Program-made: the position numbers and the translations under genes
The notes under the pieces: generated by a model
Database searches by the model: none
The model's input: only the letters and a program-made list of their open reading frames with translations
What the model was told of the DNA's origin: nothing
Shown: positions 13,393-25,995 of the stretch, in pieces
How positions within the stretch are numbered: the stretch's first letter is position 1
Layout: each line of letters opens with the position of its first letter
From: Octopus bimaculoides
Taxonomy: Eukaryota
Assembly (NCBI RefSeq): GCF_001194135.2
Contig: NC_068981.1
Coordinates: 75,583,606 to 75,622,818, forward strand
Length of the DNA stretch: 39,213 nucleotides
Direction: 5' to 3'

Positions 13393-13785
13393 TTTTCTTG
13401 TTTCAGTCATTAGACTGCGGTTATGTTGGGGCACCGTCTTGAATATTTTAGTCGAAAGAATCGACCGCAGTACTTACATTTTAAGCCCGGTACTTATTCT
13501 ATCGGTCTCTTTTGCCGAACTGCCACGTGACGGGGATGTAAACACACCAACACCGGTGAAGAGAGGAACAACAACAGACACGAAAACACACACACATAAA
13601 TACATATATATACATGTATATATACGACGGGCTTCTTTCAGTTTCCGTCTAGCAAACCACTCACAAGTCTTTGGTCGGCCCGAGGCTATAGTAGAAGACA
13701 CTTCCCCAAGGTACTATGCAGTGGGACTGAACCCGGAACCATGTTGTTGAGAAGCAAGCTTCTTACTACAAAGCCACTCCTAGCC
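13393..13785 (-). mobile_element. Family D CORE-like SINE, near full length
   Basis: Reverse complement of the 2245 family: TATACGACGGGCTTCTTTCAGTTTCCGTC, CTATAGTAGAAGACACTT, GGGACTGAACCCGGAACCATG. Confidence 0.88.
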
Positions 13786-14034
13786 CTTAGCGAAGAAATA
13801 ACAATTTTAGACCAATATAGAAATACCTATTATGTGTCCGATTAAAACGGTTTGTTACATTTATGTGTATGTTTGTTTTTTTTGTGTGTGCGTGCGCGCG
13901 CGCGTGCATGCGCTTGTACATACATACATACATACATACATACATACATACATACATAGCCAGTTTTCTCTGTTACGACTCGCGAAATACAAAGTTCATT
14001 AGTAAATAATTAATTTAGGTTATATCTGAAAGCT

Positions 14035-14331
14035 GTGGAGGCGCGTGGCTTAGTGATTAGGGTGTCAGCATCATGATTGTAAGATTGTTGTTTCGATTTC
14101 TGGACCGGGCGACGCGTTGTGTTCTTGAGCAAAACACTTNNNNNNNNNNCGGGCGACGCGTTGTGTTCTTGAGCAAAACACTTCATTCCACGTTGCTCCA
14201 GTCCACTCAGCTGGCAAAAATGAGTAACGCTGCGATGGACTAGCGTCCCGTCCACCGGGGCAACACATACGCCATTGAAACTGGTCCCATGCATCTGGTT
14301 AGGCTTTAAAAGGGCGCATTTATTAATTTTT
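14035..14331 (+). mobile_element. tRNA-derived SINE (family C: head H1 + CORE-like body + tail T2)
   Basis: GTGGAGGCGCGTGGCTTAGTG...TTTCGATTTCTGGACCGGGCG...TTGTGTTCTTGAGCAAAACACTT...GCTGCGATGGACTAGCGTCCCGTCC. 15-bp TSD TTAT(A/G)TCTGAAAGCT at 14020-14034 and 14332-14346. Confidence 0.88.
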
Positions 14332-14496
14332 TTATGTCTGAAAGCTATAATTAACGATATACTTAACGATTTGCTGGCACTGTCAAACACACTACCTGTA
14401 CCAGAAACTGAGCCCGGTTGCATATTTTCCAGTTAACGAGGAATTTTATATATTCTGCTTACTTGTGTACGCCCACAAATACTTTTTCTGTTACAG

Positions 14497-14523
14497 GATT
14501 TCAAGCATGGCCAACATCCAAAT
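14497..14523 (+). other. Candidate 27-nt micro-exon
   Basis: ACTTTTTCTGTTACAG | GATTTCAAGCATGGCCAACATCCAAAT | GTAAGG; all three frames open; length divisible by 3. Confidence 0.25.
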
Positions 14524-15431
14524 GTAAGGTTACATTCTATATCGTTACTGACTGATTTGTTTTTCCTTTGAGCTTATAAGCAAGAACGATATATAGATTT
14601 CGATATAGAATTTTGTAGCGAATGAAAAGCATAATTGTCACAAATTCTGAATGTTTATAACCGTATTTTTTTGCCTTAATAAAAATAACAGTTCTTTTGT
14701 CTCGTTTTGTATACGTCTTTACTACATCCTCGTTTCATTTCTCATTGTTTACGCACGTTTATCTCTTGGTTTCTTCCAAAAACTTGGAATGTGTCTCCTT
14801 CCTGTAATCCAGGATCAAGTAAAACTATTTACTTTCAGCATATTTCATTGTTATACCTCACATTTTACTAAAGAGATACAATACTTTGTAGTATTGCAGT
14901 CCATTATATGGCATCTATTGTGTTGAGATATGTTGTATCATTGTGCTGTTATGGCTACATTTTATTACTGAAGTCTCTCATAAAATAAAATTGGTGCTGC
15001 TTGCCTAGATTATGGTTTGAATAGTTTTTCTTTTTTATACAAGCTTCTCTCATAACAACACGTCGCACTACCCACAATGACACTGTTTATGACACAAATA
15101 TCTCGACGAATATTGACGTAGGACCAACGTTAAAATACACAGTATAGGATGTAATAATTCTTTGACTAAAATGAACACAAGTAGATCCACGAGCTGCACA
15201 TGGTATAGTCATAGAACTTTTTATCATAATATTTTAATGTACACTGCTCAGAATATCACCCAAACTCATCAATGGATGCAAGTGCAAAGGAAGAGAACAC
15301 ATTTAAATATATAATACACATACATATATAATACACACAGATATATATATGAATAAATATATATACAGATATATATGAAATTCTATCCATACACATATAT
15401 ATATATAACTGTATATATATATATATATATA

Positions 15432-15783
15432 TGGTGGTTGTCTACTCCTTAAACAGAGTTTGACCACCTCCTGCACTTACACCTTAGCCCTTTCATGGCG
15501 TCTGATGTGGCTTTTTAAACCAGACAGTGTTTTGAAAAAAACACCCACACATATTGCACCTCTGATTTGCACTACCAATACCTGCAAGTAAGTTCTGCTC
15601 ATTGTGGATCCTAACATGTCTTTTAAGACCCCCATTGGATTTGCAAACCCTCTGGCACACACCACATTCAAACGTGTGCACAGACATATAATCAGAATAG
15701 CTGGGTGAGGTTTGTTTTCCATGGGTTCGCAGGTGAGATTTGAGGCCAGCCAAGGACAGACATGGTCTGTCACAGACTGTGCA
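15432..15783 (-). mobile_element. 3' end of an RTE-like LINE encoding three C2H2 zinc fingers (5' part lost in N gap)
   Basis: CTVCDRPCLSLAGLKSHLRTH, CGVCQRVCKSNGGLKRHVRIH and CNMCGCFF/KTLSGLKSHIRRH (each C-x2-C-x12-H-x3-H; the third needs removal of one base in the A7 run at 15535-15541). Stop at 15477-15479, ~45-nt 3' UTR with stem-loop GGTGGT...ACCACC (15433-15468), then (TA)n. Confidence 0.8.
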
Positions 15784-16546
15784 NNNNNNNNNNNNNNNNN
15801 NNNNNNNNNNNNNNNNNNNNNNNNNNNNNNNNNNNNNNNNNNNNNNNNNNNNNNNNNNNNNNNNNNNNNNNNNNNNNNNNNNNNNNNNNNNNNNNNNNNN
15901 NNNNNNNNNNNNNNNNNNNNNNNNNNNNNNNNNNNNNNNNNNNNNNNNNNNNNNNNNNNNNNNNNNNNNNNNNNNNNNNNNNNNNNNNNNNNNNNNNNNN
16001 NNNNNNNNNNNNNNNNNNNNNNNNNNNNNNNNNNNNNNNNNNNNNNNNNNNNNNNNNNNNNNNNNNNNNNNNNNNNNNNNNNNNNNNNNNNNNNNNNNNN
16101 NNTATATATATATATATATATATATATTCATATGGAATATACGATTTTACATATACAAACATATGTATATATATGTATACGCATATATATATATATATAC
16201 ATGTGTGTGTGTGTGTATGTGTGTGTATGCACACACACGCATACACACAAGCACAAGCAGAAATATACTCAGTCACACCAAAGAATAAGGAGTTCAAGTT
16301 TCGACAAACGTCTCTGCAATACATCATCGAATTTATAGTGCCTATACATAATTCTTTCTATACATTATTCTCTATACTTTCACTACATTCCTATTCTCAC
16401 GCACACACATAAAAGACATAGATATAAGCCCTTTTCTATTGAGAAAGTAGCACTGGTCAACTCTGATGAGGTCTAATGGGCGTACATTCATGTATGTGCA
16501 GTGTTGTCTCTTGCCTGTAACAACACTAGGACAGTTTTTCCTTTAC

Positions 16547-16657
16547 CTTGCAATTAATCTCGAGAAATTTATTCTTGACCTTTTGAAGTTATCTTTTAAT
16601 CTCTTTGCAATTTGCTGACAACTGCATTTCACGATCTTTGTTGCTGATTTCCAATTA
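16547..16657 (-). CDS. Candidate 111-nt symmetric (phase 2-2) exon
   Basis: ATACCAG | T AAT TGG ... GCA AG | GTAAAG; open frame NWKSATKIVKCSCQQIAKRLKDNFKRSRINFSRLIA; phase-compatible with the 13077 acceptor. Splice sites only moderate. Confidence 0.25.
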
Positions 16658-17334
16658 CTGGTATGTTAAAAACATGAATCTGTTGTCAACAGCATTCAAC
16701 ATACCACATATATAGTCATGTATATATGTGCAGTTCTCCCTATTGATTCACTTTTCTTCATTTTTTGTGTTGTTACATATATGAAGTTATGTATGTGTAT
16801 TGTTATCTATGTAAAAGACAAGTATATGTACATAATATGTATGATTTTATACGCATTCGTAAACTAGAGCCAAAGAAATTTTGTATGACACCACAAAATA
16901 CTAAAAAAACTGAAATATTCACACAATCCATACTACGATATAATAAAAGGATAAAAGAAAACTGTAACGCTATATCCCCCTCTTACATGTGCAAAATCTA
17001 TTTTCGACTATCATACCCACATTATCTAGAACACCCTAAATACTTTCACAATACGACATCTGAATCCACGCAACAACCAGCCAACCAGCCAGCCAACCTG
17101 CTGGCCAGCCATAATTCATCGAACAGTTTAACAGTAGCAAGTCTTATTATTACAGAAACCAATGAAAATTCAGCATGAATACGAAATCAATAATTTTACA
17201 CTGTTATTTTGGCAATTATCTCAACTTTGACATTTTCGAGTATGAGCTGCAGATGTTCGGCAGGATCAATTAAAGTTTGAACTTGTAAACATCGATTTCA
17301 CTCCAGCTTTTCTGTCCCATTGACCCTCCGTTTG

Positions 17335-17700
17335 AAGTTCTTTCCTCTGCTTTCCTGTTCTGTTCCTTTATTGCACTTCTTTCTTCCCTTCCCTCTCCTT
17401 TTACTCTAACTCACTATCTCTCTCTCAAATCTTTTTTTCTCAAATCCTTTTCTCGTTCTTATTTCTATTCTTCCGTTATTTTCTTAGTTTATTTTTATCC
17501 ATCTATTTTGTCTTCTTCCTTTCGTTTGACCTCTTAACTTGTCTGTTAGCAATTTATGCATTCAAACTTTTTCATTTCTTTCCTTTCTAACGAACATTTT
17601 CTTTTACTTTCTGTTTTGATTCGATTTTCCTTTGTTAGCCATCTTTTCTTGCTTCTTATTTTCGTTTTCACTCCGTCTCCTAACGCTATAGTTTACTAAC
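17335..17700. repeat. Long degenerate polypyrimidine tract
   Basis: About 370 nt strongly C/T-biased on the plus strand without a fixed unit. Confidence 0.7.
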
Positions 17701-17928
17701 CTTCGTGCGTCGTTTTCCCGTTAGTCTTTATGTATTTCACAATTTACCCTCTTATTCACCTCTCAAGGAAAAACGGAAAAATGAAAAACTGGTATAATAG
17801 CGTAGAAACAAAAATGAAGTAACAGCATCTTCATTAATTATTGAAATTTTGCATTACAGACTTTCAGATTTCATATTCAATTTTCAAGTATGAAATACAT
17901 GCAAACAGTACATGCATGCATACATACA

Positions 17929-17959
<31 letters not shown>

Positions 17960-18044
17960 GCAACTATATGTATGAGAATACATACATAAAACAAAACATA
18001 CAAATCTGCACACGTACATACATACATACATACATACATACATA

Positions 18045-18200
18045 CCCTGTTGCTGATGTTGAAATTGCAATGAAGGAGCTTTGAATCTAGGTTAGAAACC
18101 AGCTCTTTCTCTATTGGTAAGAAATCGTGAAATATACTAAACAATGACATACATCCATACATACATACATACATACATACATACATACATGCATACATGC
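18045..18200 (+). mobile_element. Probable short 3' fragment of a retroelement with (CATA)n tail, inside a (CATA)n tract
   Basis: About 100 nt of non-repetitive sequence (CCCTGTTGCTGATGTTGAAATTGCAATGAAGGAGC...) bracketed by (CATA)n on both sides. The retroelement call is inferred from the architecture. Confidence 0.4.
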
Positions 18201-18661
18201 ATTCATGCATACACAGTAGTTTCTGAAAGTGTAGAATATCGGTTTATACCTAAAGCATCAGTTGACAGGATCTCCTGGCTATCTTCCCTCTAATAATTGG
18301 ACATTACAAAAAAATTTTAAAGTGTCTACTGGTGTAAACACTTCAGGTACTCACTGGAAAAAAGAGAAAACAGTATGTAAATATTTCGAAGGGCAACATA
18401 TAAGTAAGAAGCAAGCCAAAGGAAGAATTTAGCACAATTTTAATATTCTTTATACTTGTTCCAGCATCATCCGGTTTCTAACCACTTTGCATGTAAATGA
18501 TTCCGAGCGAAAAGTGACACAATATGTGTAATTAAATATATTAGATATGCACTTCATCAGAGTAGAATGAAATCGTGCCTCTTTCCATTGTGCGAAGAAT
18601 ATTTCGCGTCAATTATAGCGGAAATAGACCGAACAAAGCACAAAAACGATAAGAAGAATGG

Positions 18662-18665
18662 ATGT

Positions 18666-18724
<59 letters not shown>

Positions 18725-18880
18725 CTAGTAGTAGAAGCAGCATTCATAAGATACTGGACAGTAATAATATGGCCGATGGAGAGAATATTACGGATCTCGA
18801 TGATGATGATGATGAGGAGGAGGCGGAGGAGGGGGAGGGGGATGAGGTGGAGGAGGAGGAGGAAGAGGAGAAGAAGAGTA
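18662..18880. repeat. (TAG)n, (GAT)n and (GAG)n trinucleotide tracts
   Basis: Directly visible. Confidence 0.9.
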
Positions 18881-19384
18881 TATGGGGGAAAATAATCAAG
18901 GATATATGCTGTTAAGGATCAAAGAATCTCTATCAGACGGAAGATCGAAACAGAAGCCTACGTGCTTAGCCCCTATGTTTTGAAGTTTGTTTCATATCAT
19001 AGACCATTACCATATACTAGAATTTTGTAACGGAGTCACGATGACAAGGATCGAGATTAAATGTTATGATATTAAGACTTAAGTTGATAAGGTATTAGGT
19101 AAACCTTTAGAACCAAACCTCAGCTTCTTTAAGAAACCCAAATGTCCTATTCTATTTGTTCGCACATGTAATCGAAATCTCATTGCAGTATCAACCGGAT
19201 TATGCCTCAAGTAAGCGAAAAATGCGCTTACCCACGCCACCCATGTAGGAAAAACAAGTTCTATCAACATACTAAGGATCTTAGTATGGGGTTTCCAAAA
19301 TTTTTAAGTTCTATATCAGTATAGTCAAGCATGTAATTTTGCCTTTACCTGCATCATTGTAACACGGAAAACACGGTGCTGCAG

Positions 19385-19632
19385 TTTCCTGTTGAACAGC
19401 CTGCATAGATGATTTCTTTTTATAGATCAAATGCATTAGCTGATTCCCTCCATAACACTGACATTACCTTAAGTATTACACGGCGTACGACTCGCCAGGT
19501 GTTGAAGTGGGCGGAGATCAACGTGAGATGAAGTATTTTGCTCAAGATCATAATGTACCAACCGGTCCAGGAATTGAAACCATAATCTTTCGATTGTAAG
19601 GGCAACACCTATTCACTAGGTCGCGCACTAAG
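19385..19632 (-). mobile_element. Degenerate family B-like SINE
   Basis: Minus strand ...GGTTTCAATTCCTGGACCGG...ATCTTGAGCAAAATACTTCATCTCACGTTG then an eroded T1-like tail containing GCAGGCTGTTC. Confidence 0.6.
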
Positions 19633-19794
19633 TTGCACACACACACACACACAGACACACATACACACACACACACACACACATGCACATACATAAACAC
19701 ACACATATATATGTATATGTATGCATATATATATATGATGATAAGAAGTATAATACATGTATATATGTAGACACACATACACATGTGTGTGTAT

Positions 19795-19870
19795 GTCGGT
19801 GTGTATGCGTGTGTGTGTCGGTGTGCATGTGTGTGTGTGTCGGTGTGTATGTGTGTGTGTGTCGGTGTGT
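19795..19870. repeat. About 22-bp higher-order (GT)n repeat punctuated by GTCGGTGTG, 4 units
   Basis: Directly visible. Confidence 0.8.
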
Positions 19871-20414
19871 ATGTGTGTGTGTATGTATATGTATATATAT
19901 AAACAGGGTAACATTTACTACTTCGGTTTGAAGTACACTGCTCTAACGATTTTACACTTGTATACATTTCATTTCCTTTTCATATGCTAAATTTTTCTTT
20001 TTTTTCCCCCTTATATTGATTCAGTTATATTCATTGAATTCACTCTTCTATATACAATAATACATACACGAATGCCACACTCACACACAGAAACACTCAC
20101 ACCCACAGACACCGACACATATCCACACACACGTACGCATGCGTGCGCGCACGCACACACACATTCGTTTACCCGCAGTCTTACATATAAGTTCGATAAA
20201 TTTTCGTTCAAACACTAATGCATGCACACATTCGTACACACATACAAACAAAGATGATCACATACGTATGTATATTTATAATTCACTCATGTCTACCCAT
20301 ATAGACACAATTATCCGCCTCATTTCATTTGTAATTCTTTTGCCAGTTTTGTAACAGACAGTATAGACGCTACCTTATTTGTTTACAAATACAGTAAATA
20401 ATTAAGTTAATATT

Positions 20415-20625
20415 GATTTCTAGCCTAGGTACAAAAGCACAGCATATGGGGAAGATTAAAATCGATTAAATTGACCTGGGTATTTGACTGATACATTTTT
20501 ATCGACCGTGGAGGGATTAAAGACAAAATCAATCCTCACAACATTTGAACTCTGAAAGCAAAGTGATATTACTAAACAGTAAAACGATATTAATAAAAAG
20601 TACTCTGACGAGTCTACCAAGCATT
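20415..20625 (-). mobile_element. Highly degenerate family M SINE
   Basis: CTAGGTACAAAAG...ATCGATTAAATTGACCTGGGTATTTGACTGATAC...TTTATCGACCGTGGAGGGATTAAAGACAAAATC...ATTTGAACTC colinear with the 11101 copy. Confidence 0.6.
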
Positions 20626-20670
20626 GGCATTTGTTGAATATTATTATGCCAGAAAGCAAAGCTTCTCACG

Positions 20671-20767
<97 letters not shown>

Positions 20768-21599
20768 TATATATATGTATATATAATATAATTATATATA
20801 TATATATTTCTGTGTGAGCTACGGTTTAGGAAACCAACCAACTAAAGGATAGTATCTATCCAATATACTGCTTGTAGTGTGTCCAATTATTCATATCCAA
20901 TTGCTGGTTATTGAGTGGCTGTCTCGTAATTGAGTGTTATATATTGGTGGGTGTAAAAAATGGTTTACCCTTAATATATACGGCAAATAAGAAAATGGAA
21001 AGGATACAAATACGACATACATCAGCCGGAAGACATTCTAGTATGGCTATTTATTCCAAAGTATTAGGAAGTATTAGAAGAATACATACACATGTAATAA
21101 CTATGTATTACACATACATGTACTAATATTACAGAATAGAGCAACAGCTCAGATTTACAGTAGTTTCTAGTCCTTACGGCCGTTTCTGCCAACAGGCAAC
21201 ATAATCCTCCATGCCATCTCCATCTCCTCAGTGTTCTGCAGGGATGGGCAGATAAAGTTTGGAGGATGAATGTGCCTCTAGGCTTCTTCAGAGGGTCTAA
21301 GTGGTTGGGAGGGTTAATACATATAAGAAACAGTTAACAATAGGTACAGTGTGTTTGTCTTTTTGAAAGGGCAGAAAAAGAATAGGAGCAAACATGAGGA
21401 TGTTAGTGAAGTACAACTTATTAAAGTTATTTGGATATAGGAAGGGAAATAAGCTGCAGACTTCCCGTGATATATTCCAAGATCCATGCTATTTCATCCA
21501 ATTGTGGACAGATGAATATAGTCGTTCTCAGGAGGCGTTTTTCAGGAAAGGTGAATTTAGGCAGTAGTTTGCATTATGTTTGTACTTGATGAACAAAAT

Positions 21600-21658
<59 letters not shown>

Positions 21659-21680
21659 ATAATAATAATAATAATAATAA
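21600..21680. repeat. (TAC)n(TAA)n compound microsatellite
   Basis: Directly visible. Confidence 0.95.
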
Positions 21681-21690
21681 AATTCTAACT

Positions 21691-21884
21691 GGGCCCCACC
21701 TGCAAGGTCATGCGCTGTTTATCTTCATATGAAATGACCATGTCGCACACATATGGTTGTGATGCATGTGCCTCTTGTACCCTTATCAGACCGGTAGTCA
21801 TGATGGGTATAATGGGTTTCGTATATTTTACCCCAGTGCCACTTTGATGGCTTGCACTGCTCTCTCACACAATAATAATAATAA
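21691..21884 (+). mobile_element. Probable 5'-truncated non-LTR retroelement 3' end with (AAT)n tail
   Basis: GC-richer 180-nt block ending CACTGCTCTCTCACAC(AAT)4, placed immediately after an (AAT)n tract; resembles an abundant octopus repeat as I recall it (unverified). Confidence 0.55.
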
Positions 21885-22385
21885 GGTAAAATAAATAAAT
21901 GTCAAATGATTTGGTGTGTGACTTTTAGCCCTTCATGTATATATCTTGTTCTTAGAAAAGGCAGGACAAAATTCGATAATGTCTTTCGGGATACTGTCTC
22001 TGAAAAAGGTCAGGTCAATCAAGATTGAAAAATCCTTTAGTGTGAAGTTTGAAAGATTATTTCTGAAATGAAGTTACACACGAAACAAAATTTAATACCA
22101 AGAGTGAAACATTAATACTGAGTTCAAACAACGTTCCCTTCGTATTCCATCATTCTAGGACCGCAACAATAAATGCACGTCAATTATTGGGTCAAATTAA
22201 TCGATTAGACTATATTAAGAAACGGGTGGCCTTCTATATATTGTTGATATCATTATTATAAATAATTTCACCGGAATATCTTTTACATGTGACTACAATT
22301 TATCTTAATTATTGATCTGTCTTTAATATGATATTAGCTTGTATTGCAAGATTTTGGAACTGCATTTACTTGTCTTATACACACG

Positions 22386-22391
22386 CGAATA

Positions 22392-22442
<51 letters not shown>

Positions 22443-22988
22443 CCCCCACACACACAACCCAAGCTTCTCCATATTCTATAATTATATTATAATTACATAT
22501 ATATTCTAATGCATATTTTTCAAAACCATATTTGGCAGCATTCCACAAGAAACTTTGTTCTTTCATCTATATCTTCTGGTTATGATATCTTCACTTTTTT
22601 TTATTTATTTCATTTAAAGATATATGCATTTCTCTATATCTATAATTTATTTTTCCTTTACGGATTATCTGTAATCTTGTCTTTTTCTATTTGTAATACT
22701 TCGCGTAATAACTTCCTTAAACTACTTCGCACTTCTATTCCTCCAGTCTCCTCTCATTTTGTATTCCGATTGACGTAGGTTATCAAAATCCTTGGATATG
22801 GTTTGTGCCCGTATGATGGCCTGTAAAAATAAACATGTACACTGCATTTGGTATATGCGTATGTGTGTGTGTTTATATGGGTTTTTTGGTAGGTATATGT
22901 GTATTATGTGCGTGTATATATATATATGTGTGTGTGTATACACATACATGCTTACACACACACACACACACACACGCACACACACACA

Positions 22989-23038
<50 letters not shown>

Positions 23039-23360
23039 NNNNNNNNNNNNNNNNNNNNNNNNNNNNNNNNNNNNNNNNNNNNNNNNNNNNNNNNNNNNNN
23101 NNNNNNNNNNNNNNNNNNNNNNNNNNNNNNNNNNNNNNNNNNNNNNNNNNNNNNNNNNNNNNNNNNNNNNNNNNNNNNNNNNNNNNNNNNNNNNNNNNNN
23201 NNNNNNNNNNNNNNNNNNNNNNNNNNNNNNNNNNNNNNNNNNNNNNNNNNNNNNNNNNNNNNNNNNNNNNNNNNNNNNNNNNNNNNNNNNNNNNNNNNNN
23301 NNNNNNNNNNNNNNNNNNNNNNNNNNNNNNNNNNNNNNNNNNNNNNNNNNNNNNNNNNNN

Positions 23361-23411
<51 letters not shown>

Positions 23412-23450
23412 TTATGTATGTATGTATGTATGTATGTATGTATGTATGTG
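22386..23450. repeat. (CA)n/(TG)n/(TATG)n microsatellite cluster spanning a gap
   Basis: Tracts at about 22395-22440, 22955-23038 and 23361-23450. Confidence 0.85.
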
Positions 23451-23489
23451 CATTGTTAGTGAATAATCGAAACTGTTGTGGCTCCTTAC

Positions 23490-23575
23490 CTTGAAATTGT
23501 CTCCCTGATTTCTATATTTTGCCATCTCTTCTTCTTCTAGCTTCTCTTCCTTTTTTTTTTCTCTCGGTATTTTAC
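23490..23575 (-). other. Candidate exon ending at a strong donor
   Basis: ...GAG ATG GCA AAA TAT AGA AAT CAG GGA GAC AAT TTC AAG | GTAAGG. Frame KIPREKKKEEKLEEEEMAKYRNQGDNFK is open; the upstream acceptor (ATTCACCTCAG) is weak. Confidence 0.25.
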
Positions 23576-23954
23576 TGAGGTGAATATTTCTGGTCTTTTA
23601 ATCATTTATCGATATATTTATTCAACTGGAGTCCCTTCCTGGCAGTCTTAACTCCTTCGTTTTTATAGTACTTTGAATTTGAAATTTATTACACACAAGT
23701 TTAAAATCCGCCCCATTCTGTGTAGGGTTCTTCATTGGGCCTTGAGCCCAATAATGACACTTCATGCATCGAGTACATATTAAATTTTATTAAACTTGAC
23801 CAATATTTCTCAAGCAATAAACAATTTTCGTCAAATCAATTATATAATATGTCAACTTGGAACTTATTGTTGAGCTTCATGATAAACAACATTTTCTGTC
23901 TTCCCATTCGGGAATCAGTAATTTTTTTTTATCTGTCTAGCCTCTTTCCTTCTT

Positions 23955-24006
<52 letters not shown>

Positions 24007-25958
24007 NNNNNNNNNNNNNNNNNNNNNNNNNNNNNNNNNNNNNNNNNNNNNNNNNNNNNNNNNNNNNNNNNNNNNNNNNNNNNNNNNNNNNNNNNNNNNN
24101 NNNNNNNNNNNNNNNNNNNNNNNNNNNNNNNNNNNNNNNNNNNNNNNNNNNNNNNNNNNNNNNNNNNNNNNNNNNNNNNNNNNNNNNNNNNNNNNNNNNN
24201 NNNNNNNNNNNNNNNNNNNNNNNNNNNNNNNNNNNNNNNNNNNNNNNNNNNNNNNNNNNNNNNNNNNNNNNNNNNNNNNNNNNNNNNNNNNNNNNNNNNN
24301 NNNNNNNNNNNNNNNNNNNNNNNNNNNNNNNNNNNNNNNNNNNNNCCATCACCACTACCACCACCACCACCACCACCACCACCACCACCACCACAACTAC
24401 AACCACCATCATCACTGTCGCTCCCGTCTCTATCACAACTACAGCTCATACTATTACTATCACCCCATTACCATCTTAACTGTTAATCTACTACCACCCC
24501 TTACCGTCTCTATGCCTACTATTACTCTCACCCCAGCAAGAAGGGTAGAAGTGTCATTGAATAGTGAGAGAGGGTGTCAAAGTGTGATACACTGACACAC
24601 AGAAATTCGTTTTGGCATTTATTGTTATAGATTTATTTTTATTTTGCTTACACATTACGAATGTGTTAAGTAAGCACGTATAACACCATTTCATTCTCTT
24701 CTGAAATCATCAGCCTGACATAACACGAGGTATATAAATTTAACTGTTTAAGATGTGAGACATTTATTATAGATGGAAAATACAGACTGGAAGAAATTCA
24801 TAGAATGTGTGATTTTCTTTTCTATTTGTTTCTTTGTTTTCTATTTACTTAATCATAATCTCCTCCCCTCCTCTTCCTCTTCTTCTTCTTTTGCGGGTCT
24901 TTCTTTGTCTTCCTTCTCTAGCCACCTTTTTATCTCTCCGTCTTCTTTTTCCCTTCCTTTATGGAATGTTTTCAACGGTTATCAAGGCAACTATCATAGA
25001 TAGGGAAGATTTTTCTATAGTTTCATTCACATATCGATATATCGCCTGATAAAGATGCATTACGTAGTTATTCGATACGTGCGTATTGAATGCATTCAGG
25101 ATATTAATTTTTGCTTTGTGATTATTCTGCGAAAAGTAACATGAATTAGACCGGATATAAGAAATAACGCAAGAGCCGAATCTAACACATCTTGAAAATG
25201 AAAATGTGAGTATCTGGAAACATTGAATATGTATTTAGAAAGTGCATATTACGAAACTAGCTGTAAAGTACTAATAAGAAAGTACAATAAATCTAAAATG
25301 AAATGACAACACTTGGATAAAGTTGTGTATTTAATGCAACATGTAAAAAAAAAACTATAGCTGTTCTTATATATACGCATATATATGAATAAGTATATAT
25401 GTACAGAGCGAGAGATCGAAAGAAAGAGAGAGAAAGAGAAAGAGAAAGAGAAAGAGAAAGAGAGAGTAAGAGAGAGTCAAGAATATGTGTACATGCATGC
25501 ACACATACTAGCAAGTATTCAGACACTCACACACACACACACACACACACACAACGACAAATGGTACACATAAATATTACTAATACTCGCTGCTGCTTGG
25601 TTAATTTGTTACCCCTGAATATCACATACTTAATTATATGGGATAGAGAAAGTCAGCCCCACTATTCTAGCGGTTATTAAGGTTATTATCACTTCTGTTA
25701 TTGCTATTTTGCTATCTCTTATTCTTACTACTTAAAATAACTTTTCTAACTGAATGTTGTCGGCATTTAGGTGTAGCACTTGGTGTGGAGAGAACCACAT
25801 GTTTCGATGTGTCTTCAATATATTTTTGCTCACGTCACGGGAAATTTTCGTTCTTTTATATACATACAAGTTAGGTTGTTTATTGGCAAGATGGCACGCC
25901 CAAATAGAAGCCTTAAAGCGTTTCACACACACACACACACTCAAAGAAAGAGAGAGAC

Positions 25959-25995
<37 letters not shown>

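Noticed and set aside
14106-14183. Exact 34-bp direct repeat inside a SINE
   Set aside because: The copies flank a 10-N gap and are identical: unmerged contig overlap.
15477-15783. Host C2H2 zinc-finger transcription factor gene
   Set aside because: No TGEKPY-type linkers, long irregular spacers, and a hairpin plus simple-repeat tail right after the stop fit a LINE end better.
18250-18353. Internal coding exon between a very strong acceptor (18354) and TTTAG|GTATAA
   Set aside because: All three frames hit a stop within nine codons; kept only as a possible terminal or non-coding exon.
18658-18915. 85-aa Ser-run/acidic ORF with ATG and stop
   Set aside because: Built from (TAG)n, (GAT)n and (GAG)n tracts; no splice or homology support.
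21160-21600. Possible CR1/L2 LINE 3' remnant on the minus strand
   Set aside because: Only vague motif resemblance (ICPQL); no convincing RT alignment by eye.
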